In this document: piece by piece, positions 47,201 through 57,056 of the stretch
Layout of the letters: the number at the start of each line of letters is the position of its first letter
Numbering within the stretch: the stretch's first letter is position 1
Made by a program: the position numbers and the translations under genes
Assembly: GCA_965204175.1 (NCBI GenBank)
Contig: OZ241978.1
Coordinates: forward strand, 1,044,103 to 1,108,102
Length of the DNA: 64,000 bases
Source: Vicinamibacterales bacterium
GTDB taxonomy: Bacteria > Acidobacteriota > Vicinamibacteria > Vicinamibacterales > UBA8438
Reading direction: 5' to 3'
The notes under the pieces: generated by a model
The model's input: the letters and a program-made list of their open reading frames with translations, nothing else
Databases searched by the model: none
Told to the model about the DNA's origin: nothing

Positions 47201-50200
47201 CCGCGGCCTCATTGAAGCGACTGGCACTTCAATGTGTATTGGTCGATTTCCAAGTCTTCCGCGGGGAATACCCGCGGCCTCATTGAAGCTCATTGCTTCG
47301 AATGCTTCGTCGGTGGTTCCGGCGGGTCTTCCGCGGGGAATACCCGCGGCCTCATTGAAGCAATATTGCCAGTGGAACCACAGTTACAGCAGCCATTACG
47401 TCTTCCGCGGGGAATACCCGCGGCCTCATTGAAGCGCCTCCGACCGGGACCAGGCGGGGATCGTGCTCAAGTCTTCCGCGGGGAATACCCGCGGCCTCAT
47501 TGAAGCGGCGCCGAGCACACGCACCGCGTCCTGCTACCCGGGTCTTCCGCGGGGAATACCCGCGGCCTCATTGAAGCGACGAGATCAACCCCAGGTCGTA
47601 GGACGCGTAGTCCGTCTTCCGCGGGGAATACCCGCGGCCTCATTGAAGCTGTGGGTTCGCCCGCAGTATCAGCAACGGAACGGGGAAGTCTTCCGCGGGG
47701 AATACCCGCGGCCTCATTGAAGCACGCCGTGCGTAGCGAGCTTCCCCCGCGTGGGAGCGTCTTCCGCGGGGAATACCCGCGGCCTCATTGAAGCGTGAAG
47801 TCGCCGAATGGCCTTGTCGGTGCCGAGCTGCGTCTTCCGCGGGGAATACCCGCGGCCTCATTGAAGCCGGTCGGCTGTGGCCGCCTCCTGGCGCGCTATG
47901 CCGGTCTTCCGCGGGGAATACCCGCGGCCTCATTGAAGCTCCGAGGCCGACCTCTACGGCGAGGCATTCCTGCGCGTGTCTTCCGCGGGGAATACCCGCG
48001 GCCTCATTGAAGCGGCGTGCGCGATGCGTTGCGCTATCAAGAGCCTGAAGTCTTCCGCGGGGAATACCCGCGGCCTCATTGAAGCCTCTGCAAGGCGGCG
48101 GTTCTCTTCCATCTCCCGCTTAGCGTCTTCCGCGGGGAATACCCGCGGCCTCATTGAAGCGCATGTCCGTCGATCAGGTCAGTGGCCCAGTGCCCATGTC
48201 TTCCGCGGGGAATACCCGCGGCCTCATTGAAGCAGCAGCTACCCGCCGCCAGAGACAGCCTACGGCTCCGAGTCTTCCGCGGGGAATACCCGCGGCCTCA
48301 TTGAAGCGGTAGCAATTCGAGTTCATATCAACGAAGCACCCGGTTGTCTTCCGCGGGGAATACCCGCGGCCTCATTGAAGCCAGCGATGCGGGAGTGGCG
48401 GGTAACATCCGAGTCTTGGAGTCTTCCGCGGGGAATACCCGCGGCCTCATTGAAGCTGAGGCTCGCTCTGACCCTCATACAGCCCCTCCTGAGTCTTCCG
48501 CGGGGAATACCCGCGGCCTCATTGAAGCCGGGCAGGCGTCGATTTCGCCTCGCAGGCGTGCACCGTCTTCCGCGGGGAATACCCGCGGCCTCATTGAAGC
48601 TCGGTTCGAGCGCAGCATCATGCGCGCCTGCTCGCGCTGTCTTCCGCGGGGAATACCCGCGGCCTCATTGAAGCCTGGTCGCCGCGGTCTTCGCCGGGCT
48701 GTCGCTGGTCGTCTTCCGCGGGGAATACCCGCGGCCTCATTGAAGCTGCGCAAGGGGAAGGATCTTGGGCAGTGGGAAACGAGTCTTCCGCGGGGAATAC
48801 CCGCGGCCTCATTGAAGCCACCTTCCGTGCCTTCTGCAGGTGACGGCGCGGGTTGTCTTCCGCGGGGAATACCCGCGGCCTCATTGAAGCGCCTCATTCC
48901 GCAGGGAGATGAGCTCGGCGTCCTGCGTCTTCCGCGGGGAATACCCGCGGCCTCATTGAAGCCATTCGTCTACCGTGTCCCATTCTTCCCATTCCTTGTC
49001 TTCCGCGGGGAATACCCGCGGCCTCATTGAAGCCAGCCGTCGATGTTCGGGCTCAAGGAGACCTCCGGGTCTTCCGCGGGGAATACCCGCGGCCTCATTG
49101 AAGCGACCAACTGGCCGGCCACGGGCGTCAACTGGAGCTTTGTCTTCCGCGGGGAATACCCGCGGCCTCATTGAAGCCTCTCCTTGATGTGCCGGCGAGC
49201 CGTGTCGAACGTGTCTTCCGCGGGGAATACCCGCGGCCTCATTGAAGCGCGACCACGCGGAAGCAGGTCAACCTGCTCGTGGGCGTCTTCCGCGGGGAAT
49301 ACCCGCGGCCTCATTGAAGCCTGGCGCGGTTGCTGTCCTCAGACAGCGCCGAGTCCGTCTTCCGCGGGGAATACCCGCGGCCTCATTGAAGCTTCCAGGG
49401 CAAAGGGAGGCGTCGCATGGACAACAAGTCTTCCGCGGGGAATACCCGCGGCCTCATTGAAGCAGCACGTCTATGCTGATGGTCGACCTGTCCACGCCGC
49501 GTCTTCCGCGGGGAATACCCGCGGCCTCATTGAAGCGTCGGTGCGGGCGGACCTCCTGGAATACCGCCAGCCGTCTTCCGCGGGGAATACCCGCGGCCTC
49601 ATTGAAGCCCGCCAGCTGGCGCAGCGCCGCGGCGCTGTCCGCCAGGTCTTCCGCGGGGAATACCCGCGGCCTCATTGAAGCTCGAACATGCGGTCAAGGC
49701 CAATCGAGATCACCTCGGGTCTTCCGCGGGGAATACCCGCGGCCTCATTGAAGCAGAGGCATGATGAGAAACAGACGGCGTAGTAGTAGGGTGTCTTCCG
49801 CGGGGAATACCCGCGGCCTCATTGAAGCCGCGTCTTGTTTCCCCATGGCGTCTTGACTTCGACGGTCTTCCGCGGGGAATACCCGCGGCCTCATTGAAGC
49901 GGCGGCCGGTCCGCAGACGCTCCGGTCCTGGCCGGGTCTTCCGCGGGGAATACCCGCGGCCTCATTGAAGCCCCGTTTCGGTTCCAGCGGAAGGTCCCGG
50001 AGCGTCTGTCTTCCGCGGGGAATACCCGCGGCCTCATTGAAGCTCCGCCTTGACCGCCGTCGTCCCGGCCGGCGCCGCGTCTTCCGCGGGGAATACCCGC
50101 GGCCTCATTGAAGCGATGGCAAGCAGGGATTCCTGAAGGCGTTGCCATCATGTCTTCCGCGGGGAATACCCGCGGCCTCATTGAAGCACGGCGCTCCGCG

Positions 50201-51425
50201 AGAAGCCGACGATCGGCGTGCCGCGTCTTCCGCGGGGAATACCCGCGGCCTCATTGAAGCGCGGACGCCCACGCGACCGGGTCCGATGGGACGATCCGTC
50301 TTCCGCGGGGAATACCCGCGGCCTCATTGAAGCGTGACTAACCATGTCGCAACCTCTCTATCGTTCGATAGTCTTCCGCGGGGAATACCCGCGGCCTCAT
50401 TGAAGCGTCGGCGTGCTGAGCACGATGTAGCGGTCCAGGTCCGAGTCTTCCGCGGGGAATACCCGCGGCCTCATTGAAGCGCGAGGATCGTCATGGCTCA
50501 GTTTTTGCGGACCCTGCGTCTTCCGCGGGGAATACCCGCGGCCTCATTGAAGCAGCCGCGACGTCGCACGCCACAGGACGCCCGGCGTGGGTCTTCCGCG
50601 GGGAATACCCGCGGCCTCATTGAAGCTCTGCGGACGCCGTCTACGGCGCCGACACCCTCGCGGTCTTCCGCGGGGAATACCCGCGGCCTCATTGAAGCGG
50701 TCAGTCCTGCCGTGAGCGTCCCCGACAGCAACGCGTCTTCCGCGGGGAATACCCGCGGCCTCATTGAAGCACGCGCCCGGTCAGGTAGCGGCTGGCGGCC
50801 ACCTTGTCTTCCGCGGGGAATACCCGCGGCCTCATTGAAGCATGCTGAACGCGTGGTTCCGCGGGGTCGGCGCGGGGCCGTCTTCCGCGGGGAATACCCG
50901 CGGCCTCATTGAAGCAGTGCGATATCTGCGACCGGTTGCGCGTGTATTGGCGCGTCTTCCGCGGGGAATACCCGCGGCCTCATTGAAGCCGCAGGTCTCG
51001 CACGACTTCCGTGCCCGTGCGCCCTGTCTTCCGCGGGGAATACCCGCGGCCTCATTGAAGCCGCATGATTACTCGCGTCCAACCGGCAGCACCCGACCAG
51101 TCTTCCGCGGGGAATACCCGCGGCCTCATTGAAGCCCCGTCAGCTTGTTCTGGTCGGCCGCGGACGCGTCCGTCTTCCGCGGGGAATACCCGCGGCCTCA
51201 TTGAAGCACCCCCTGCGGCGTCGGCAGCACGCCGGCGACCGGCGTCTTCCGCGGGGAATACCCGCGGCCTCATTGAAGCGAGGTGGTCGAGAACGACGCG
51301 GACCAGCGCCAGGCGAGTCTTCCGCGGGGAATACCCGCGGCCTCATTGAAGCTGCAAGACCACGCCCGCGAATGCGGGCAATAACCGTCGTCTTCCGCGG
51401 GGAATACCCGCGGCCTCATTGCTAT
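44281..51425 (+). CRISPR. CRISPR array, 100 copies of a 36-nt repeat, 99 spacers
   Basis: Repeat GTCTTCCGCGGGGAATACCCGCGGCCTCATTGAAGC has an internal hairpin CCGCGGG-GAATA-CCCGCGG. The 3' ATTGAAGC end and the cas2-proximal leader suggest + strand transcription. My manual parse gives repeat starts from 44281 to 51390. Spacers 4-99 are 34-41 nt. The last repeat degenerates after nt 32 (…CATTGCTAT). Confidence 0.98.
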
Positions 51426-53186
51426 GACGCTACGCTCCCGTGCGGACATACGAGAGGCGTAACCGCGGATCGGCAGGGCGCGGTCCAAATGACGTGCGAC
51501 GAATCCTTGCGGATGCGCCGATCCGACCGGGCAGCCCCCGCTATGGCCCTGAGCGGAATCGACGGTCCGCGCAACTGTCCAGCTCAGGTGTGCAGGGCGC
51601 GCACCTCCTCCAGTAGCCCGTGACGGTTCAACGCGCGGATCCAGCGCGGCGCGCCGCGGTCGATGCCCAGGCGCACGTAGTCGATGCCCGGGTCCACGTA
51701 CGGTCGGTCGGTGCGCAGCACCGCATGGATCACGCGCAACAGCTTGTGGGCAGTGCATAGCACGGCTCGCTTGTAGCCGAGCCGGTCGGCCAGCCGCCGA
51801 TGGTGGCGATGAAACTGCGAGCTCGTGCTTCGCGCGGCGCCGTGGGCGCACTCGGTCAGCGTGGCACGCAGCGTGCGGTTCCCGGCGCGTACCGGCGTCG
51901 CGCGGTGCCGGCCGGCGCTCGATCGGTTGCCCGGGGCCACACCCGCCCAGGCGGCGAGACCGCGCGATCCGTTGAAGACCGCGATGTCCGGGCCCAGCTC
52001 CACGAAGATCGCACGGGCGCTGACGAGATCGATGCCCGGAATCGTCTGCAGCAGCCGCAGGGGTCGTTGGTAGCCCGACAGCGCGGTCTCGATGCGCTCG
52101 TCCAGGGTGGTCAGTGCGGCATCCGCCCGGTCCACAGACTCCAATTGCAGTTGCAGGTTCACCAGCGCGAGCGGGTCGAGACGCGCGGCCAGCGCTGCGC
52201 GCAGGGGCGCCGCCTTGCTTCGCACGTGGCGAGTCAAGGCGGAGAGGATGCGAGAGGGCGCTTCCCCGGCCACGAGGCCGTCGAGGATGCGCCGGCCGTT
52301 GGTTCCAAAGACATCCGACAACACCCCGCCGAGTCGCAGGCCGTCGTGGTCCAGCGTCTTGTGGACCCGGTTGCGGGCGCGGCTGCGCTCGGCCACGAGC
52401 GTTCGGCGGTAGCGGGTCAATTGGCGAAGCTGTCGGAAGTGCCGCGGCGGGACATGGCTCGGCGAGGCGAGGCCGAATTGACAGACGTGAGCGAGCCAGA
52501 GACTGTCGTTGGTGTCCGTCTTCCTGCCGCGAACGTGCCTGACGTGCTCGGCGTGGTGCAGGGCAGGCTGTATGCCGGCGTTCTCGAGCGCTTCGAGCGG
52601 GGCCTTCCAATACACGCCGGTGCTCTCCAGCGCCGCCGCGGTGACGGCGTGCGCATGGAGCCAGTCGGTCATTGCGCGCAGGTCGTGCGGCGCCGTGCCG
52701 AACTCGCGAACGGTGACGCGCGGCGGCCCGCCGCCGGCTTCGCAGATGCGCACCGCGGCGGTGATGCGCAGCTTGTGGACGTCGAGGCCGGCCGCACGTG
52801 GGCAGACCACGTGCATGGCATCGGTGCGCAGGTCGATCGAACTTTTGCAGACGGAGCTCATATGGGTCCTCCCGAGGGTGGCGGAAGCGGGATGCGGCCC
52901 GGCGTGCATCCCACCGTCGGGTGGGTTCGCATTGCTACGCGTCCACGGCCCGCGGCCGGGTACGATTCGGGGGCTCGATGTCGGGCGCGCCACGTCGGCT
53001 TGAAGACGGGGACGGCATGGCCGCCGCCGGTTGAGAGGTACGACGAAGTGTCCCGCTTCCGCAAGCCACAGGATGCCACGACGGCCGTGACGCGATGCGG
53101 TGCGTGCGTCGCCGGGGCCGCGTTCACGGCAAGTGTGCGGCAGCGCCGGGCGCGCCCAGGCCAAGCGATGTGCTAACCTGCCGGGC
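51426..53186 (-). mobile_element. IS110-family insertion sequence (boundaries not determined)
   Basis: Contains the DEDD transposase gene with 158 nt downstream and 325 nt upstream non-coding sequence. IS110 elements lack obvious inverted repeats, so the ends cannot be read directly. Confidence 0.45.
51584..52861 (-). CDS. IS110-family DEDD transposase
   Basis: AAGLDVHK, ESTGVYW, GRKTDTNDS and the C-terminal LQTIPGIDLVSARAIFVELG motifs. Start at Met 52861 (or 52816). The longer track ORF to 53188 is an upstream extension. Confidence 0.9.
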   Translation of the reverse strand: MSSVCKSSIDLRTDAMHVVCPRAAGLDVHKLRITAAVRICEAGGGPPRVTVREFGTAPHDLRAMTDWLHAHAVTAAALESTGVYWKAPLEALENAGIQPALHHAEHVRHVRGRKTDTNDSLWLAHVCQFGLASPSHVPPRHFRQLRQLTRYRRTLVAERSRARNRVHKTLDHDGLRLGGVLSDVFGTNGRRILDGLVAGEAPSRILSALTRHVRSKAAPLRAALAARLDPLALVNLQLQLESVDRADAALTTLDERIETALSGYQRPLRLLQTIPGIDLVSARAIFVELGPDIAVFNGSRGLAAWAGVAPGNRSSAGRHRATPVRAGNRTLRATLTECAHGAARSTSSQFHRHHRRLADRLGYKRAVLCTAHKLLRVIHAVLRTDRPYVDPGIDYVRLGIDRGAPRWIRALNRHGLLEEVRALHT

Positions 53187-54017
53187 ATGGAGATTCAGAC
53201 GATCCTGGACTGTCTCAACTCGGTCGCGGTGCGGGCCACCTACGGGGCCGTCGGCGAGGTGCTGGGCGTCCGGCCGCAAGTTCTGCCGCGCCTGCTCGGT
53301 GCACGCCGGCCGGAGGCCTCCTGGGTCGTGAACGGCACTACCGGCGAGCCGACCGGCTATGCGCCGGAGGAAGTGGATCCGCGCCTGCCCGGGACGCACG
53401 TCATCCGCACGGGCGCTGAACTTCGGGCATGCCTCGATGGGGCCGTTCCCGCGGCGCCCGAGGCCGTTCCCGCGGCGCCCGAGGCCGTTCCCGCCGCGCC
53501 CGAGGCCGCTTCGCCAGAGGCGGTTCCCGTCGTCAACGCCGCGGCCGGCCCCGCGATGCCGGAATCCGAGCCCTTCGGCATGAACAGTGACGCGCGGTGG
53601 ATCATCGGCACCCTCGTTCCGGTCTTCCTGCTGGTGGCCGGCCTGCTCGCGGCGCAGATCGCCAGCGTGAACCGCGGTCTCAACACGCGCATCGACGAGG
53701 TGCACGATCGCATCGACGACCTCATGGAGAACGTCGCCGCGGTGGACACTCGCGTGGACGACGTGCGCACCGGGCTCCGGGACGAGATTGCCGTGCTGCG
53801 CAGCGACCTGGACAGCATCGCCGCGCGGCTGCCCGGCGCTGACCCGGCGCCGCCCGCGACCGGCGCTGACGCGGGCGCGCAGGCCGTGGATCCCGACGCG
53901 CCGGAGGCTGCTTCCGAATCGCCGGACGCTGCACCGGAGCCCGCTGCCGAGCCGCAACCGGAGCCTGCAGCCGACCCCGACGCATCCGAGGCGGCTCCGG
54001 CTCCGCCCGGCGAGTGA
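53187..54017 (+). CDS. hypothetical membrane protein with coiled-coil and Pro/Ala-rich repeats
   Basis: ATG at 53187. The N-terminal ~60 aa weakly resemble an MGMT/ATL-like DNA-binding domain lacking the PCHR cysteine (TYGAVGEVLGV...EASWVVNGTTGEPTGY). These are followed by AVPAAPE x3, one TM helix (WIIGTLVPVFLLVAGLLAAQI) and a coiled-coil. Confidence 0.55.
   Translation: MEIQTILDCLNSVAVRATYGAVGEVLGVRPQVLPRLLGARRPEASWVVNGTTGEPTGYAPEEVDPRLPGTHVIRTGAELRACLDGAVPAAPEAVPAAPEAVPAAPEAASPEAVPVVNAAAGPAMPESEPFGMNSDARWIIGTLVPVFLLVAGLLAAQIASVNRGLNTRIDEVHDRIDDLMENVAAVDTRVDDVRTGLRDEIAVLRSDLDSIAARLPGADPAPPATGADAGAQAVDPDAPEAASESPDAAPEPAAEPQPEPAADPDASEAAPAPPGE
53441..53503 (+). repeat. 21-bp tandem repeat x3 (GGCCGTTCCCGCGGCGCCCGA), encodes AVPAAPE
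   Basis: Direct reading. The third copy has one substitution and a partial fourth copy follows. Confidence 0.8.
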
Positions 54018-54039
54018 CAGCGGCACGCGCCGCGGGCCC

Positions 54040-55410
54040 ATGAAGCACCGCATCGTGGTCATCGACGACGAGGTCGCGATCCGCGACTCGCTGAAGATGA
54101 TCCTGGAGTACGACGGCTACGAGTGCCTGCTCGCGCCGAGCGGGCAGGCAGGGCTCGCCTGCGTCGCGCGCGAGAGTCCGGATCTCGTGTTTCTCGACGT
54201 CAAGATGCCGGGCATGGACGGCATCGAGGTGCTGCGCAAGATCCGCGCGATCGACGAGCTGTTGCCGGTCGTCATCATCTCCGGGCACGGCACCGTGAGC
54301 ACGGCCGTGGAGGCGACCCGGTTGGGGGCGTTCGACTTCCTCGAGAAACCGCTGTCGACGGATCGCGTGAGCGTCACCATCCGCAACGCGCTGCGCCAGC
54401 GACAGCTTCGGGCGGAGAACCGGAACTGGCGGCGGGCGGCCGAAGCGCGCCACGAGATGGTCGGAGAGAGCCGCGCGCTGCAGGCGCTGACCGACGAGAT
54501 CCGCCGTGCCGCGCCGGTGCGGAGCGCCGTGCTCGTCCGGGGCGAGAGCGGCGTCGGCAAGGAGCTGGTCGCGCGCGCCATCCACCGCAACAGCCCGCGC
54601 GTCCGCGAGCGGTTCGTGCAGGTCAACTGCGCGGCCATCCCCGACGACTTGATCGAGTCGGAGCTGTTCGGGCACGAGAAGGGGTCGTTCACCGGCGCGA
54701 CCGAGAAGCAGATCGGCAAGTTCGAACAGGCGGATCGCGGCACCATCTTCCTGGACGAGATCGGCGACATGTCGTTGAAGACGCAGGCCAAGGTGCTGCG
54801 CGTGCTGCAGGAGGGGGAGGTGGAGCGGCTGGGATCGGCCCGCACCATCCGCGTGGACGTACGCGTCCTGGCCGCGACGCACCGGAACCTGGAGCAGGCA
54901 ATCGAGGCGGGCGAGTTCCGCGAGGACCTGTATTTCCGCCTCAGCGTTCTCCCTGTCCACGTGCCGCCGCTGCGCGAGCGGCCGGAGGACATTCCGGTGC
55001 TCGTGCGACACTTCGCGGCGATGTTCGCCCGCGAGAACAACTTCAAGCCGAAGCCGTTCGGCGACGACGCGCTCGACGCGCTCGCGCGGCACCACTGGCG
55101 CGGCAACGTGCGCGAGCTGCGGAACTCGGTCGAGCGCCTGCTGGTGATGGTGCCGGGGCAGTCGATTACCCTGGCCGACGTGCATACGGTGCTGAGACTC
55201 GACGACCGGTCGGTCGCGCCGGGCGCCGCGGGGGCGTCGGCACGCACCCTGCGGGAGTTCAAGGAGGCCAGCGAGCGCAGCTTCCTGGTCTCTAGACTGC
55301 GCCGGTCGGACTGGAACATCTCCCGGACCGCGGAAGAGATCGATACGCCGCGTAGTAACCTCTACAAGAAGCTGGAGCAGTACCGCATCAGTCAGGAGAC
55401 TGACGGATAG
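54040..55410 (+). CDS. sigma-54-dependent response regulator (NtrC family)
   Basis: REC domain (VVIDDE...FLDVKMPGMDG), AAA+ sigma-54 activator core (GESGVGKE, ESELFGHEKGSFTGA, RVDVRVLAAT) and a C-terminal Fis-type HTH (NISRTAEEIDTPRSNLYKKL). Confidence 0.9.
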   Translation: MKHRIVVIDDEVAIRDSLKMILEYDGYECLLAPSGQAGLACVARESPDLVFLDVKMPGMDGIEVLRKIRAIDELLPVVIISGHGTVSTAVEATRLGAFDFLEKPLSTDRVSVTIRNALRQRQLRAENRNWRRAAEARHEMVGESRALQALTDEIRRAAPVRSAVLVRGESGVGKELVARAIHRNSPRVRERFVQVNCAAIPDDLIESELFGHEKGSFTGATEKQIGKFEQADRGTIFLDEIGDMSLKTQAKVLRVLQEGEVERLGSARTIRVDVRVLAATHRNLEQAIEAGEFREDLYFRLSVLPVHVPPLRERPEDIPVLVRHFAAMFARENNFKPKPFGDDALDALARHHWRGNVRELRNSVERLLVMVPGQSITLADVHTVLRLDDRSVAPGAAGASARTLREFKEASERSFLVSRLRRSDWNISRTAEEIDTPRSNLYKKLEQYRISQETDG

Positions 55411-55483
55411 AATCTGCGCTGCAGGCGTCGTGCCCGGCGCAGACGACAGTGGGTCAGGGTAGCAGACGTTCTTTGATATTCCG

Positions 55484-55884
55484 CCGCAGTCGGCCGGGCG
55501 GCCGCTGCATCGGGCGGGGCTCCGGCCGCGATCCGATGGGGAGGAAAGTCCGAACTCCGCAGGGCAGTGCGCCGGGTAACGCCCGGTCAGGGCGACCTGA
55601 AGGAAAGTGGCACAGAAAACATACCGCCTCGCGCTCGGCGCGGGGTAAGGGTGAAAAGGTGCGGTAAGAGCGCACCGCGTCCGCCGCAAGGGGGATGGCA
55701 GGCTAAACCCCGCACGGAGCAAGACCAAATAGGGAGGCGCCACAGGGCGGCCCGTCCGAGGCCTCCGGGTAGGTTGCTCGATCCCGCCAGCGATGGCGGG
55801 GCTAGAGGAATGGCCGCCACCGCGGGCCGTCGCGCCTCGGCGCGAGGCTCGGGGTACAGAATTCGGCTTACGGTCCGGCTGCGG
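55484..55884 (+). ncRNA. rnpB: RNase P RNA, bacterial type A
   Basis: Universally conserved blocks are present: GGGGAGGAAAGTCCGAACTCC, ACAGAAAACATACCGCC, GGTAAGGGTGAAAAGGTGCGGTAAGAGCGCACCG, GCTAAACCCCGCACGGAGCAAGACCAAATAGG and ACAGAATTCGGCTTAC. P1 pairing is CCGCAGTCGG / CCGGCTGCGG. Ends are approximate to +/-10 nt. Confidence 0.9.
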
Positions 55885-55906
55885 CGGAATGACTTGCGGA
55901 GGTGGA

Positions 55907-57049
55907 ATGCGACGACGCTGGGTCTGGATCGCGGGGGCGCTGGCGGCGCTCGTCGTGGTCGTGTCGGTGATCGTGGCGCAGGCGCAACGCGGTCGCGGAC
56001 CGCGAACCGGCGAGCCGGCCTTGCGCGTGGAGGACTACACCCCGCGCTCGACGCTGGTGGTCGACGCCAACCCGGTACCCCGTGCGCGCTTCCCGGTAGT
56101 CGACGTGCACAGCCATCACCGGCCCGGGTTCTCATCCCGGCGCGTCGACGAGATCGCCGCCGAGATGGATGCGCTGAATCTGGCGGTGCTCGTCAATCTC
56201 AGCGGCGGCTCCGGCGCCACCCTGCGGCGCTGCGTCGACACGGTCGCCGGGAGCCGGCATCCCGGCCGGATGCTCTGTTTCGCGAACCTCGATTTCCGGG
56301 GCGGCGTCGAGCCCGGCTTCGGCCGGCGCGCGGCCCGCCAGCTCGAACGGGACGTGGCGGCCGGCGCCGTCGGGCTGAAGTTCTTCAAGAACTTCGGCAT
56401 CGACGTCCGCGACCGGAGCGGGGCCCGGGTGCCGGTGGATCACCCCGAGCTGGACCCCGTCTTCGAGACGGCGGGGCGTCTCGGCATCCCGGTGCTGATG
56501 CACGTGGGGGAGCCGCAGTCGTTCTACGAGCCGGTGGATCGCTTCAACGAGCGCTGGCTCGAGCTGACGCTGCTGCCCGAGCGCCGGCTGCCGGCGGACC
56601 GCTATCCGTCCTTCGAGACGATGATGGCCGAGCGCGACCGCCGCTTCGCCCGGCACCCCGACACGACGTTCATCGCCGCCCACATGGGCTGGCACGCCAA
56701 CGACCTCGGCCGGCTCGGCGCCTTGCTCGACCGGCTGCCGAACGTCTACGCCGAGACCGGGGCCATCCTGTACGAGCTGGGCCGGCAGCCGCGGACCGCG
56801 CGGGCGTTCTTCGAGCAGTACCAGGACCGGATTCTGTTCGGCAAGGACCGCTACGCGCCGGAGGAGTTCCCGTACTACTGGCGCACGTTCGAGACCGAGG
56901 ACGAGTACTTCGATTACTACCGGCGGTATCACGCCTTCTGGAAGATGTACGGCATGGGGTTGCCCGACGACGTGCTGCGCAAGGTGTACTACCGGAACGC
57001 GCTCGACGTGATCCCAGGCATCGATCGCTCGCCGTTTCCGGCGCGCTGA
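55907..57049 (+). CDS. amidohydrolase-family (TIM-barrel metal-dependent hydrolase) protein
   Basis: N-terminal TM/signal (WVWIAGALAALVVVVSVIVA), metal-binding VDVHSH motif, and later MHVGE and AAHMG segments. The start at ATG 55907 avoids overlap with rnpB. Confidence 0.75.
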   Translation: MRRRWVWIAGALAALVVVVSVIVAQAQRGRGPRTGEPALRVEDYTPRSTLVVDANPVPRARFPVVDVHSHHRPGFSSRRVDEIAAEMDALNLAVLVNLSGGSGATLRRCVDTVAGSRHPGRMLCFANLDFRGGVEPGFGRRAARQLERDVAAGAVGLKFFKNFGIDVRDRSGARVPVDHPELDPVFETAGRLGIPVLMHVGEPQSFYEPVDRFNERWLELTLLPERRLPADRYPSFETMMAERDRRFARHPDTTFIAAHMGWHANDLGRLGALLDRLPNVYAETGAILYELGRQPRTARAFFEQYQDRILFGKDRYAPEEFPYYWRTFETEDEYFDYYRRYHAFWKMYGMGLPDDVLRKVYYRNALDVIPGIDRSPFPAR

Positions 57050-57056
57050 CGCCAAC

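Noticed and set aside
44207-51623. Dozens of 60-240-aa ORFs across the array on both strands (e.g. 44207..44920, 46221..46703, 48344..49030, 44479..45108) with recurring peptides SSAGNTRGLIEA / LPRGIPAASLK / VFRGEYPRPH and MRPRVFPAED / FNEAAGIPRGR
   Set aside because: They are translations of the 36-nt CRISPR repeat in different frames joined across spacers. The periodicity equals the repeat unit, so they are not genes.
53000-53200. Expectation that the rest of a split CRISPR repeat or array would reappear on the far side of the IS110 element
   Set aside because: No repeat-like sequence (…AAGC remainder or further GTCTTCCGCGG units) is present beyond the transposase upstream region. Insertion into the middle of the array cannot be claimed. 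Only truncation or ordinary terminal decay remain possible.
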